From positions 1-64,000 of the IMG/VR virus record IMGVR_UViG_3300043775_002839: 64,000 nucleotides of DNA. One strand, given 5' to 3'. The position numbers and the translations under genes were made by a program. The stretch comes from a virus. Numbering within the stretch: position 1 is the stretch's first letter; each line of letters begins with the position of its first letter. The notes below the pieces were generated by a model. The model was not told the DNA's origin. It saw only the letters and a list, made by a program, of their open reading frames with translations, and did no database searches. Below are positions 1 through 9,705 of this stretch, piece after piece.

Positions 1-670
1 AAATGGAGCGCTACCTTCTGTATCGATCGCAGAAAGTTTTGATGGAATTCTAGAAATCAATGGAACTATTAGTGTTAGTGGAGCAGGTTCAAGTAATGAA
101 ATTCTATATATACCTATGAGACTTCGAGATGTCCCACAGGCTACTTCAAATGTTTTACAATATGAGGTAAACATCAATAGCGGTGTATGGGCTAAAATGC
201 CGATAATCACATATAGTTCGGCTGACTTGAATAAAACAAACTATACGCGATATAACACAATTGTAAATACTGGTGCTTATACAAGAATAGGACAGACAGT
301 TACTAACAATACTTCAAAAACTATTTATATATTTGTAGGTCTAGACCAGCGGAACACTCCTTTTTGGAAAACTTGTAGTTTTTGGAGGTGCGAGTACTAT
401 TACTATAACTGGGCAGTTCATGGAAAATGGAGGAATAATGATAGCGCTACAAATTATATTCAGACATATGCAGGTGATTGGACTTCGAACGCTGCTGGTA
501 TTCTTAATTATTATTGGAGTGGATATTATTCTATTGCGTCAGGACAGGCGCTATATGGCGTCTTACAACAGGAGTCTTCATCAGACCCTAATCATACAAT
601 AGAGCTCTTCTGGTCTTTTAGTCCTACTGATATATCATCAAGAAAACAATTTACTTATAACCTTTATTAA
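1..670 (+). CDS. Virion/tail-associated hypothetical protein, 5' truncated by window edge
   Basis: The frame of ORF 116..670 stays open back to position 2 (NGALPSVSIAES...), so the gene starts upstream of the window; beta-rich, Y/W/N/T-rich. Confidence 0.5.
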   Translation, partial: NGALPSVSIAESFDGILEINGTISVSGAGSSNEILYIPMRLRDVPQATSNVLQYEVNINSGVWAKMPIITYSSADLNKTNYTRYNTIVNTGAYTRIGQTVTNNTSKTIYIFVGLDQRNTPFWKTCSFWRCEYYYYNWAVHGKWRNNDSATNYIQTYAGDWTSNAAGILNYYWSGYYSIASGQALYGVLQQESSSDPNHTIELFWSFSPTDISSRKQFTYNLY

Positions 671-682
671 AACTTTACTAAA

Positions 683-1498
683 ATGACAGACTTTAAAAAA
701 TACATACCGACAAACTGGAACACTATTAAATTCATAGTTTTAGCAGTGCTTGTTTTATTATTAACATACCAATGCGATAGAAATTCAACCCTTAAACAGG
801 ACGCTGAAAATGCCCAAAAGGTTGCAACCCGAAATTATAATAATCTTAAAGCATCTCAAGATACTATTAAATTTGAAAGAAACAGGAATGGAGAACTAGT
901 TGCAATCAAATTAGGATATGAGTTTGATATTAACACTCTAACTGCCGAAAATAAAGAGATTATTGCAGGGTATCAAAAAGCCCTAGGCCTCAATAAAGAC
1001 CTTAAAGGTGTAAATTCTCTACTAAGAGCCGAAATTAAAGTAAAAGATTCTATTATTAATGCCCAAAGTTCAGTTGTTCAAACAAGTGATTCAACTGCGA
1101 CAGTATCGATTAGTAATGAAAAAAATTGGGATAAATATAATTGGAGTAAGTTTAATGGAACTGTTGACCTTTTAAGAAATAAAAAGACTAATAATATCTC
1201 AGTTCTTTCAAATAAATTTAACTTTGAGCAAGGAATCGAAATTAAGGCAGCAATTATAAATGAAGAGGGTACTAACAAATTAAAAATTACATCATCCTCT
1301 CCTGGAGTACTATTTACTAATATTGAAAATATTAATTTAGTTAATGACAAATTAAACCAAAGACTTGAAAAAAAATCAGGATGGTCGCTTGGAGTTGGAG
1401 TTGGATATGGAATTAACCTAAATAATAATCAAGTTATTGGTATTGGTCCATCACTAAATGTAGGACTTATATGGTCTCCAAAATGGCTTAGGTTTTAA
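683..1498 (+). CDS. Membrane-anchored coiled-coil protein with C-terminal beta-hairpin; spanin-like lysis candidate
   Basis: N-terminal hydrophobic helix FIVLAVLVLLLTYQC, then coiled coil, then C-terminal GWSLGVGVGYG...GLIWSPKWLRF. Confidence 0.45.
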   Translation: MTDFKKYIPTNWNTIKFIVLAVLVLLLTYQCDRNSTLKQDAENAQKVATRNYNNLKASQDTIKFERNRNGELVAIKLGYEFDINTLTAENKEIIAGYQKALGLNKDLKGVNSLLRAEIKVKDSIINAQSSVVQTSDSTATVSISNEKNWDKYNWSKFNGTVDLLRNKKTNNISVLSNKFNFEQGIEIKAAIINEEGTNKLKITSSSPGVLFTNIENINLVNDKLNQRLEKKSGWSLGVGVGYGINLNNNQVIGIGPSLNVGLIWSPKWLRF

Positions 1499-1512
1499 AA
1501 AATTATAGAGTA

Positions 1513-3573
1513 ATGGCAAAATCATCAAGATTCGTTAAATTAGACGATGACGTATTATTAGAATTTATGTATCATGACCAATCAACCCCTGATTTGGTCA
1601 AAATCGAAAATGACGATAATGGAAGTCAAATCAAGTATTTAGATACAATTGATGGAAATGAAAGTGCTTCTAGGTTTTTAATACACGAATTGGGTTCAGA
1701 TGTTGTAGAATTTACAGTGACGATTGCGAATGGATTTATTGTTATTAATAATTTTGCTTCCCGAATGTTATTGTTGAAAAATGGAAGCACTTATAAATTC
1801 GACTTAAGTAATGTTAGTATTAATAAAAAATCAGGATTTAATATTCCTGGTGGAAATGGATATCTAAGTGGAACTACTTATATTTATACTCCAACGACTA
1901 ATGGTAAATATTCTTATGAATATCTAAATTTAGCAGGCACTAATTTTATTGGTGGAGAAATTCAAGTAACTAACCGTGCAAATTCCCTATTTTCAGTTCC
2001 ATTAACAAATACTGGAAATGATATTAGAACCGGAGCCGGCCAATCTGGAAGATATTATGCAGTTCCAACTGCTGAATCAAGTACATGGGCACTTCTTACA
2101 AATGGATTAAACTACTTAAATTCTGCTGAATGGAATGGTACTATTGCTAATGATTTACAACCAATTCCAATCGAAGATGTTGCAGATGTATATTATGATA
2201 CTATTAGATTACATTTAAGAACTGGATATTCTTTTAGCGGTAGAAAATATGATGGTTTCCTATTTCAAACAAAAGTTAAAAGAAACTCCGGAATTTATAA
2301 TTATTTTAACTCAACAGTTTATTTAAACTCTTCAAGTTTTGAAACCCAAAATCCGAATCCATTCATATTAGGAGAATCTTCATATTCTAAGTATATTGAA
2401 ATTAAAGTTCCTTCATTGGTTCAAATGTTTTCACCTGCAACAAATGAAAAGTTTAAAAATACTTTTTTTGCATCATCTGGAGCGGATTCAATTCCAACAA
2501 CTGCAAACTATGAGTTTGATTTTAAATTAATCGATAGCGTAGTTACTATTGGAAATTACGATTATATTAATGTTGCTGAAGGAAAATCATTAACTCTATC
2601 ACAAGAAGATGAATATGTCGATATTGCAGTTAATATTGAACATGCGACAGATGGAGACTATTTTAAAATTTATGGAACTTACAATGGAGACCAAGCCTCA
2701 TTTGAAAATTATATAACTGGAAGAATTTCAACTTCAGGAGATGACATTACTCTATTTTATGAAGTTCAAGTTGCAGAACAATTAGGTCTTAATTATATTA
2801 ATACATTTAATAATACCTTTACACAAACTTCAAATTATGATGAGCCAATTGTATTCAGACCGGTTATTTTAAACTCTTCAGTGTCGAGTAACTTCTTATT
2901 ATCGGTTAACTTGAGAATTTACAATGAAACTGATAATACCCAAATTGTAAAAACAGCCTCTTTAATTTATGCACAGCCTAAAAAATATGGCAAAAAATTA
3001 TTAAAACTGGGTCTTAATTCTAACTTTACGCCAAGCATAGTATATAATACTTTGCCGAATACTAGCGTTAATAGAGAACTTAATCAATTCGTAAATTCTA
3101 TCCGGCCTAGTGTTGGAGAAACTAAATATGTTTCAGTTGCCCTCGATACTTATAGAATAATGGGAGGAAGCACTCAAGTGACAATTGATGGAGCAGAAGT
3201 AAATGACTTAACATCAATGGATTATAAAAAAGAAGGGGATGGAATCATTACACTTTCAAAAGTTTCTGATAATTATATTAAATTTAAAATTGTTCAGCCC
3301 GATGGAGACTCGATGAAAAACGTAAGTCTTGTTAATGCTGAAGATTTGGTACTTATAATTAAAAGTGGAGCAATAGAACAACAAATATCGCATGACCCTA
3401 GTTTTCCAGGAGTCGACCTAGGAGCTGGAGAAGTTTTCTTTAAGGTGACAAAAAGCGTGGCAGTCCGTTTTGACCAAAGCGATACAAATCAAAATGCAGA
3501 CAAATTTTATATTAACATAAAAAACGGAAGTACCGAATCTCTATTGTACTACGGAAACGTAAACATTATATAA
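1513..3573 (+). CDS. Large hypothetical structural protein (probably tail/baseplate)
   Basis: 686 aa, beta-strand-rich, translationally coupled (TAATG) to the gp3-like gene. Confidence 0.4.
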   Translation: MAKSSRFVKLDDDVLLEFMYHDQSTPDLVKIENDDNGSQIKYLDTIDGNESASRFLIHELGSDVVEFTVTIANGFIVINNFASRMLLLKNGSTYKFDLSNVSINKKSGFNIPGGNGYLSGTTYIYTPTTNGKYSYEYLNLAGTNFIGGEIQVTNRANSLFSVPLTNTGNDIRTGAGQSGRYYAVPTAESSTWALLTNGLNYLNSAEWNGTIANDLQPIPIEDVADVYYDTIRLHLRTGYSFSGRKYDGFLFQTKVKRNSGIYNYFNSTVYLNSSSFETQNPNPFILGESSYSKYIEIKVPSLVQMFSPATNEKFKNTFFASSGADSIPTTANYEFDFKLIDSVVTIGNYDYINVAEGKSLTLSQEDEYVDIAVNIEHATDGDYFKIYGTYNGDQASFENYITGRISTSGDDITLFYEVQVAEQLGLNYINTFNNTFTQTSNYDEPIVFRPVILNSSVSSNFLLSVNLRIYNETDNTQIVKTASLIYAQPKKYGKKLLKLGLNSNFTPSIVYNTLPNTSVNRELNQFVNSIRPSVGETKYVSVALDTYRIMGGSTQVTIDGAEVNDLTSMDYKKEGDGIITLSKVSDNYIKFKIVQPDGDSMKNVSLVNAEDLVLIIKSGAIEQQISHDPSFPGVDLGAGEVFFKVTKSVAVRFDQSDTNQNADKFYINIKNGSTESLLYYGNVNII

Positions 3574-4124
3574 TGATTTTAAATAGTAGAAATAATTTAT
3601 TCAATTTTAAGTTTTCAAGGACTTTTATTCCTAAAGAGGTTGCCGACAAATATCGAAAGTATTTGAATAGAATGCCGGGTAATTTAATTACTGAACCTAT
3701 AGATTTTATAAACTATTCAATTCAAGGAGTTGGTCTTCCAGGAATCAGTTTTGACCCTATTGAAATTGCGCCAAATGATGGTACAATAACATATCATAGA
3801 GGTTCAATTCCAATACAAAATACTATTGATAGACAGTTTAAAGTAACGCTACAACTGCTTGATGGTTATATAAATTATTGGATTATGCAGGATACTTTAT
3901 TGTATTATTATTCAAAGACGGTTAAAGAACCTTTTATCAATGATATTAAACTTCAAATAATGGATGCAGAGGGGATTCACTTGATGAGCGCTGTTTTTGA
4001 AAAACCAATACTTAATTCAATTTCAGATTTGGAGTTAAATATGAGTTCAAATATTGCAGAATTTACAACCTTTGACCTGAATTTTTACTATAACAAATTT
4101 AATATAATATTAGAAATAGATTAA
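3573..4124 (+). CDS. Tail tube-fold protein, T4 gp3-like tail completion/sheath stabiliser
   Basis: SIQGVGLPGISF...FKVTLQLLDGYINY...DIKLQIMD...F.F.Y pattern typical of the gp3/gp19 fold. Confidence 0.6.
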   Translation: MILNSRNNLFNFKFSRTFIPKEVADKYRKYLNRMPGNLITEPIDFINYSIQGVGLPGISFDPIEIAPNDGTITYHRGSIPIQNTIDRQFKVTLQLLDGYINYWIMQDTLLYYYSKTVKEPFINDIKLQIMDAEGIHLMSAVFEKPILNSISDLELNMSSNIAEFTTFDLNFYYNKFNIILEID

Positions 4125-4126
4125 AC

Positions 4127-4495
4127 ATGAAAACATTTTTAGATTACATAGCAGAACAAGATATAACAGAAAACGAACTACAAGTCCTAAACGAGTCTCT
4201 TCAAACCGAATGGACCGAAGAACTTGAAGCTAAAGTTGATGCAGCTTTAGAGCAATTTTCAAAGACTTACAAAAATCTTGATGGAACTTATAATATCCAA
4301 GCGTTCAATGAAGAGATTACTAATGAAGGTATTTTAGGTAGTATCTTTGGTGGACTTGCAGGTTTTGCACTTGGTAAAACTGTTGGTAAAACTATTGCTA
4401 ATATTTTAGGAATCCAAAGTGGTATAATGTACGATATGTTAACCTCAAGACTAGTAGGAGCCGCTCTTGGTTCTTCTCTTGGTAGTAGAATCTAG
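4127..4495 (+). CDS. Putative internal head protein with glycine-zipper hydrophobic segment
   Basis: N-terminus MKTFLDYIAE resembles the T4 capsid targeting sequence; LNE/TNE sites; GILGSIFGGLAGFALG and GAALGSSLG. Confidence 0.45.
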   Translation: MKTFLDYIAEQDITENELQVLNESLQTEWTEELEAKVDAALEQFSKTYKNLDGTYNIQAFNEEITNEGILGSIFGGLAGFALGKTVGKTIANILGIQSGIMYDMLTSRLVGAALGSSLGSRI

Positions 4496-5152
4496 ATGAA
4501 TTTTGTAACGATTGACTTTTCCCTAAATTCACCAGGTATTTGCATCTTTTCAGATGACAAGTACTACTTTATTGGGTATTTAAAACCAAACACAGGTACT
4601 AAAGCCGAACAAAAGCTTCAAGAGGAATTAGACTTGCTTGAAGATACCAGAATTACTCATCAACCGGATTGGACGAATAACGAGGCCTATTCTAAAAGCG
4701 AGATGATTAAAATCCAGCGACACACCCAGACTGCAAGTGACATTATTAATATGATTATTGAAATTGCAGGCGATGATTCCCCTTTTGTGATTGCTTTTGA
4801 AGGCTCCTCTTATGGTTCTTCGGGTGGAACTAATAATATTATTGATATGGCGGCTGGAGCAGCAATCCTAAAGATGGAACTAATGTCGAGGCTTAAAGTC
4901 CAAGATATGATGACCATCGCACCTTCGACGATTAAGAAACATGCAGGTAAGGGTAACATGAAGAAGGATGAACTTTGGGTTAAATTCTTGGATAACGTTT
5001 TAAACGATTCAGTGCTTGAAACCTCGTCACTGCTTGGATTCTGTAAAACCCACATCGGAGAGACTAAAAAAGTCCCAAAACCTTTAGATGATTTGGTGGA
5101 TGCCTATTTTCTGAACCACTTAGCCCGGACTCTATTTTACCCGGAGGCTTAA
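4496..5152 (+). CDS. RuvC-like Holliday junction resolvase
   Basis: RNase H-fold motifs IDFSLNSPG, AFEG, APSTIKKHAGKGN, DDLVDAY. Confidence 0.75.
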   Translation: MNFVTIDFSLNSPGICIFSDDKYYFIGYLKPNTGTKAEQKLQEELDLLEDTRITHQPDWTNNEAYSKSEMIKIQRHTQTASDIINMIIEIAGDDSPFVIAFEGSSYGSSGGTNNIIDMAAGAAILKMELMSRLKVQDMMTIAPSTIKKHAGKGNMKKDELWVKFLDNVLNDSVLETSSLLGFCKTHIGETKKVPKPLDDLVDAYFLNHLARTLFYPEA

Positions 5153-5279
5153 AGACTTTAGTTATATTCAACATGTAAGTTTTTGTTTCAAGAATCTTAA
5201 AAAATATTTTAAGAAGGTAACTTTATGCCTCCAGGGACATGTCACCCTGATAAAAAAGATATATAATAATATAGATTCT

Positions 5280-5308
5280 TGAAACAAAAAAGAGAGTTTC
5301 TATATAAC
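5280..5308 (+). promoter_or_regulatory. Early/middle-type promoter TGAAAC-N17-TATAA upstream of gp32
   Basis: Same motif and spacing recurs at 21303, 21591, 25081, 34361, 39379, 62637, and at 53806 with an 18-nt spacer. Confidence 0.65.
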
Positions 5309-5381
5309 TATCATAAGTAATTAAAAGGGCCCTTAACACTTATTAAATTAAAGTTTAACAAAAATTAAAGCAATTAAAGAC

Positions 5382-6305
5382 ATGGCAGAATTTGACATTT
5401 TTAATCTTGGCGTAAATGACGTCGAAACACACGAAACCCAAGCTTCATCTGGAAGCGATCTTTACAAACCTACCGCAGATGACGGTAAGGATGGAACTTA
5501 TAAAGCAATGATTCGCTTTGTTCCTAACCCAACAAACCCACGAAACTCTTTAGTGAAAAAATACGTACACTGGCTAACTAATGCAAGTGGTGACGGTAAA
5601 ATGGTAGATTCTCCATCAACAGTTGGAGCTCCATGTCCTATCGCAGATGTATTCTTTAAGTTACGTAAAAGTGACTCAGCAGTTGACCGTAAAATGAGTG
5701 ATAAACTTAAAAGACGTGAGCAATACTTTGCACTTATTAAAATCATTAAAGACCCACAAAATCCTGAACTAGAAGGACAATACAAAGTTTTCAAATTTGG
5801 TTACAAAATCAAAGAGAAAATCGATGAGGAATTAAAACCAGCATTTGGTGAACCAACTCAAGTATTTGACCTATTTGCAGGTAAAAACTTCGAATTGATT
5901 ATTACTCGTCAAGGAGAATTTAACAACTACGATAAATCTAAGTTCTCTTCAAAAACTTCACCTATTGAAGTTGATGGTAAAGGTGCAACCAGAACTCCTG
6001 AAGCAATGGGTGCTATTAAAGCAGAATTGGAATCAGCTCCAAGCCTAGAGCCATACGAATACAAAGCATGGGACGGAGAAACTCTTGATTTTGTTAATTC
6101 TATTCTTAGAAATTACTTAAATCCTGGAAGTTCAATAGATTCAGTTGTTAATAAGCCTGCTGCTAAAAAAGCTCCAGCAAAATCTGAACCAACTTCAGAA
6201 TCTAGTGATTTTGAATTCCCAAATGAAATGGTAGGAAATCCAAGCTCTACTAACGTAGATTCTTCTGATGACCTAGATTCATTCTTAAACGACTTAGATA
6301 TTTAA
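5382..6305 (+). CDS. gp32: Single-stranded DNA-binding protein (T4 gp32-like)
   Basis: AMIRFVP, CPI, FKFGYKI, NYDKSKF motifs and acidic tail DDLDSFLNDLDI. Confidence 0.9.
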   Translation: MAEFDIFNLGVNDVETHETQASSGSDLYKPTADDGKDGTYKAMIRFVPNPTNPRNSLVKKYVHWLTNASGDGKMVDSPSTVGAPCPIADVFFKLRKSDSAVDRKMSDKLKRREQYFALIKIIKDPQNPELEGQYKVFKFGYKIKEKIDEELKPAFGEPTQVFDLFAGKNFELIITRQGEFNNYDKSKFSSKTSPIEVDGKGATRTPEAMGAIKAELESAPSLEPYEYKAWDGETLDFVNSILRNYLNPGSSIDSVVNKPAAKKAPAKSEPTSESSDFEFPNEMVGNPSSTNVDSSDDLDSFLNDLDI

Positions 6306-6326
6306 TCTAACGTTATTTTATAAACT

Positions 6327-6356
6327 AAAGGGCTAATTAAACTTAGCCCTTTTTTT
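6327..6356 (+). terminator. Rho-independent terminator
   Basis: AAAGGGCTA-loop-TAGCCCTTT followed by a T-run. Confidence 0.75.
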
Positions 6357-6368
6357 CTATATAATAGT

Positions 6369-7493
6369 ATGCAGAGTCAAAAAATCACCGAAGATTTAAA
6401 GATAAAAATCAGGAGCTTGGTAAAACAAGCAATTGTAAAGGCCCACCATGAGCCAAGCAAGCATATGATTAAAGAGATGCCAGGTAGAATTACAATGGCA
6501 TGTCCTTATTGCGGTGACTCGACTACCGACCATAAAAAGAAACGTGGAAATCTCTACTGGGATACCTTACAATTCCATTGTTTTAACTGCGGCGTTCATT
6601 CAAATGCATACCAATTATTAAAAGACCATCATATAAAATTTCAAAGTACCGATGATTCTATTCAAGTTATTGACTATATTCAAGAGCATAAAATGGAAAC
6701 TAATGAAATTGAAGTACTCGAACATGATGTGTTTAAATTAACATATGATATGGCTCCTACCCGAAAAGAGCTAATGGAATGGTTTAAATTTAAAGAAGTC
6801 GAACCAGGAGACCCTGCATTTTTTTATCTTAAGAATCGATTGTTGTCCAGTCAAATGAATCGTTTTATGTACTCTCCTAAGGATAAAAGAATCGTAGTAC
6901 TCAATGTAGCCCCAAATGATAAAGTTATCGGCTTTCAAACTCGTTCAATCGACAAGCGTTCTAATTCTCGTTATTTAACTTATGACCTTGAGAAGATGTA
7001 CCAAGAGATTCAACGGGAGATTGTGCTGACTGATGAAGAATTGATTGGCGTTAAAAAACTTTCAACTCTTTTTGGAGTAATGACAGTTGACTTTGAACGC
7101 GAAGTTACAATGTTCGAAGGACCTATCGATGCAATGTTTATGCAAAATTCGATTGGATTGGCAACTGCAGGTCGTTCAACCTTAGAATTTGATGAGATAC
7201 CTACAATACGATATATGTTTGATAACGATACTACCGGTAAAAAGAAGATGATGGAGAAGATTCGAAGAGGCAAACAAATATTTACATGGGAGAAGTTCTT
7301 TAAAGATACTAAAATCGACAAGGATTGGGAAGACTTTTTGCAAAAATTGAACAAAGATGAAAGAGATAAATATCCTAAACAAATAGGTGATTTAAACGAT
7401 TTGGTGATCGCGTCTTGGCTAACAAAAAATAAATGCTTAGCGCAGATTCAAAAGTATTTTACTAACTCTCGACTAGATGCATATTACCTATGA
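6369..7493 (+). CDS. gp61: DNA primase (T4 gp61-like)
   Basis: Zn finger CPYCGDS...HCFNCG; TOPRIM motifs FEGPIDAMF and FDND. Confidence 0.9.
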   Translation: MQSQKITEDLKIKIRSLVKQAIVKAHHEPSKHMIKEMPGRITMACPYCGDSTTDHKKKRGNLYWDTLQFHCFNCGVHSNAYQLLKDHHIKFQSTDDSIQVIDYIQEHKMETNEIEVLEHDVFKLTYDMAPTRKELMEWFKFKEVEPGDPAFFYLKNRLLSSQMNRFMYSPKDKRIVVLNVAPNDKVIGFQTRSIDKRSNSRYLTYDLEKMYQEIQREIVLTDEELIGVKKLSTLFGVMTVDFEREVTMFEGPIDAMFMQNSIGLATAGRSTLEFDEIPTIRYMFDNDTTGKKKMMEKIRRGKQIFTWEKFFKDTKIDKDWEDFLQKLNKDERDKYPKQIGDLNDLVIASWLTKNKCLAQIQKYFTNSRLDAYYL

Positions 7494-7708
7494 TAAAAAT
7501 AGACTTTTTAGAAATGGTTGCCCAAGAATTCGAAGATTTTGAAAACGAAAAAAACAAAAGAAAGAATATTAAGATGATGCTAGATTTTAGTACATCAAAA
7601 TATTCACACACTGAAAAAGAATTTAAAATGACTAAGCCGCGATTAAAGGCCCGGTTAAAAAGTTCAGTATTTATTAAAGACAACAATAAAGGAAATTCAC
7701 TTTTTTAA
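7490..7708 (+). CDS. Hypothetical protein
   Basis: 72 aa ORF overlapping the primase stop (ATGA), within the operon. Confidence 0.5.
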   Translation: MIKIDFLEMVAQEFEDFENEKNKRKNIKMMLDFSTSKYSHTEKEFKMTKPRLKARLKSSVFIKDNNKGNSLF

Positions 7709-7719
7709 AAGCATCATAT

Positions 7720-8148
7720 ATGATAGATGTCAAAGACAAGATAACACAACTTGACGAGTACTTAATTAAACAGCGAGAAGATTGGACCCAAAAAATAAAA
7801 GGTCTAACTGAGGAACTTAAATTAGGTAACAATTTAGAGAGCGTAAGTGCATTCACACTTAGTTATCGACAAATATTGGTTGAACACCTCGCAACCATGG
7901 GTAATCGAATCAAAACCCAAAAATCAATAGTAGATAAAAAGTATAAAGATAAATGGATTGAGTATTATAGTTATGACTATAAGCTCACCGATAAAATGCG
8001 CGAAAAATTCGTTGACGCAGACATTGCGGACGATACAAATATCCTTGAGTTATTAGTGACTCAAAAAAGTTTTTTTGAGGGATCAATTAAAACACTCGAC
8101 AACATGGGCTTTGCAATCAAAAACAGGTTGGACATTAGTCGTTTATAA
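7720..8148 (+). CDS. uvsY: Recombination mediator, UvsY-like
   Basis: Helical 142 aa, C-terminal LDNMGFAIKN motif, immediately upstream of uvsW. Confidence 0.65.
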   Translation: MIDVKDKITQLDEYLIKQREDWTQKIKGLTEELKLGNNLESVSAFTLSYRQILVEHLATMGNRIKTQKSIVDKKYKDKWIEYYSYDYKLTDKMREKFVDADIADDTNILELLVTQKSFFEGSIKTLDNMGFAIKNRLDISRL

Positions 8149-8164
8149 AAATATCAAATGAGAT

Positions 8165-9673
8165 TTGATTTTAACATTAACGGATGACAATCAATTTTTA
8201 AGAATTGATGAAGCAACCGAAATTGAGTTAGAGCAGATTAGAATCTCTCTGACCAAAAGAATAGAAAGTTGGAGGTTTCACCCTCTAGTAAAACGCGGAG
8301 TTTGGGATGGATATGTATCATATATTAAAGATGATAAATGGATTCCAGCCGGACTTTGGCGTCATGTTATGACAATATGCAAAGAATACCGATACGAACT
8401 TAAAATCGAGGGTATTAAGAGACTTATTGACTCCAATATTAATGCAGAACAATTTGAGGAATGGGCTCTAGAATTCTTTAAGGGTTCACAGTTTACTCCT
8501 CGTGACTATCAAATAGAAACTGCATATAACATACTAAAATTTAGAAAGTGTCTAGCAGAGCTTGCAACTTCAGCAGGTAAGACACTGATTAGCTTCATGA
8601 CCGTTGCATACATGCTTGAAAAAGGACATGCCCAACGGATTCTTTTTATTGTACCGAATGTTTCATTGGTTGTACAAGCCCATGAAGATTTCCATGAATA
8701 TAATTGTAAAAATAGAATTGACCTAAGAATCCAACAAATATTTGCAGGACAAGAGATTAAAAAGAACAAAAATATAATTATTGGAACCTATCAATCACTA
8801 ATTAAAAAAGAACCTGCTTATTTTGCAGAGTTTGATGCAGTTATTGTCGATGAAACTCATAAGGCAAAAGGAGCCAGCATCAAAGAAATTCTTAGCAAGT
8901 GTGTTAATGCAAAATATAGGTTTGGACTTTCAGGTACAATTCCAAAAGATGGTACGCTTGACAAATTAACCCTAATGAGCCAGACTGGACCTGTGATTAG
9001 TGAGGTTAAGGCAAGTTTCCTACAAGAGCAAGGACATATTGCTCAATGTGTTGTTAAGGTTATTGAAATGAACTATGCAACTCCAAAGCAGCGAACAGCC
9101 TTTATGGAATTGGCACAGAATAGATATGATAATAAAGATGTGTTCTCATTAGAACAAAACTTTGTAATCACTAGTGATGCCAGACTTAATTTTATTTCAA
9201 ATGTAATTTCAAGAGTACCCCGGAACTCATTGGTGCTTTTTCATCGAATAGAACATGGACAGAGACTCTATGAAAAGTTAAGGCAAGAGAGCAATAAAAG
9301 GGTATTTTATGTCGATGGTGGAACTGCTTCAGAAATCCGAGAGGAATACAAAAAGAAGATGGAGGCTGGAGATGAAATTGTAATTGTTGCAAGCTTTGGA
9401 ACCTTCTCTACAGGTATCTCAATCAAGAAAATACACAACATATTTTTTACTGAATCATTCAAATCAGAGGTAATTATAAGACAATCAATTGGACGTGGAC
9501 TACGACAGCATGCATCAAAAGACAAGGTATTAATTGTTGATTTTGTAGATGATATTAGAACAGTTGAATGGGATAATTATTTATATAAGCATGGAAAGGT
9601 GAGACAATCAATATACAAACAAGAGAAATTTGAATACACTGTAAAGAAAGTGGATTTTGATGGGGATATATAA
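8165..9673 (+). CDS. uvsW: UvsW-like SF2 helicase
   Basis: PRDYQ, ATSAGKT, VDETH, GLSGT, QSIGRGLR. Confidence 0.9.
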   Translation: MILTLTDDNQFLRIDEATEIELEQIRISLTKRIESWRFHPLVKRGVWDGYVSYIKDDKWIPAGLWRHVMTICKEYRYELKIEGIKRLIDSNINAEQFEEWALEFFKGSQFTPRDYQIETAYNILKFRKCLAELATSAGKTLISFMTVAYMLEKGHAQRILFIVPNVSLVVQAHEDFHEYNCKNRIDLRIQQIFAGQEIKKNKNIIIGTYQSLIKKEPAYFAEFDAVIVDETHKAKGASIKEILSKCVNAKYRFGLSGTIPKDGTLDKLTLMSQTGPVISEVKASFLQEQGHIAQCVVKVIEMNYATPKQRTAFMELAQNRYDNKDVFSLEQNFVITSDARLNFISNVISRVPRNSLVLFHRIEHGQRLYEKLRQESNKRVFYVDGGTASEIREEYKKKMEAGDEIVIVASFGTFSTGISIKKIHNIFFTESFKSEVIIRQSIGRGLRQHASKDKVLIVDFVDDIRTVEWDNYLYKHGKVRQSIYKQEKFEYTVKKVDFDGDI

Positions 9674-9705
9674 ACATAATAACTTAATAAAAAAACATAT
9701 TAAAA

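Noticed and set aside
5232-5249. Hairpin CAGGG...CCCTG upstream of gp32 as an autoregulatory pseudoknot
   Set aside because: It lies upstream of both predicted promoters and no second stem was found, so there is too little support
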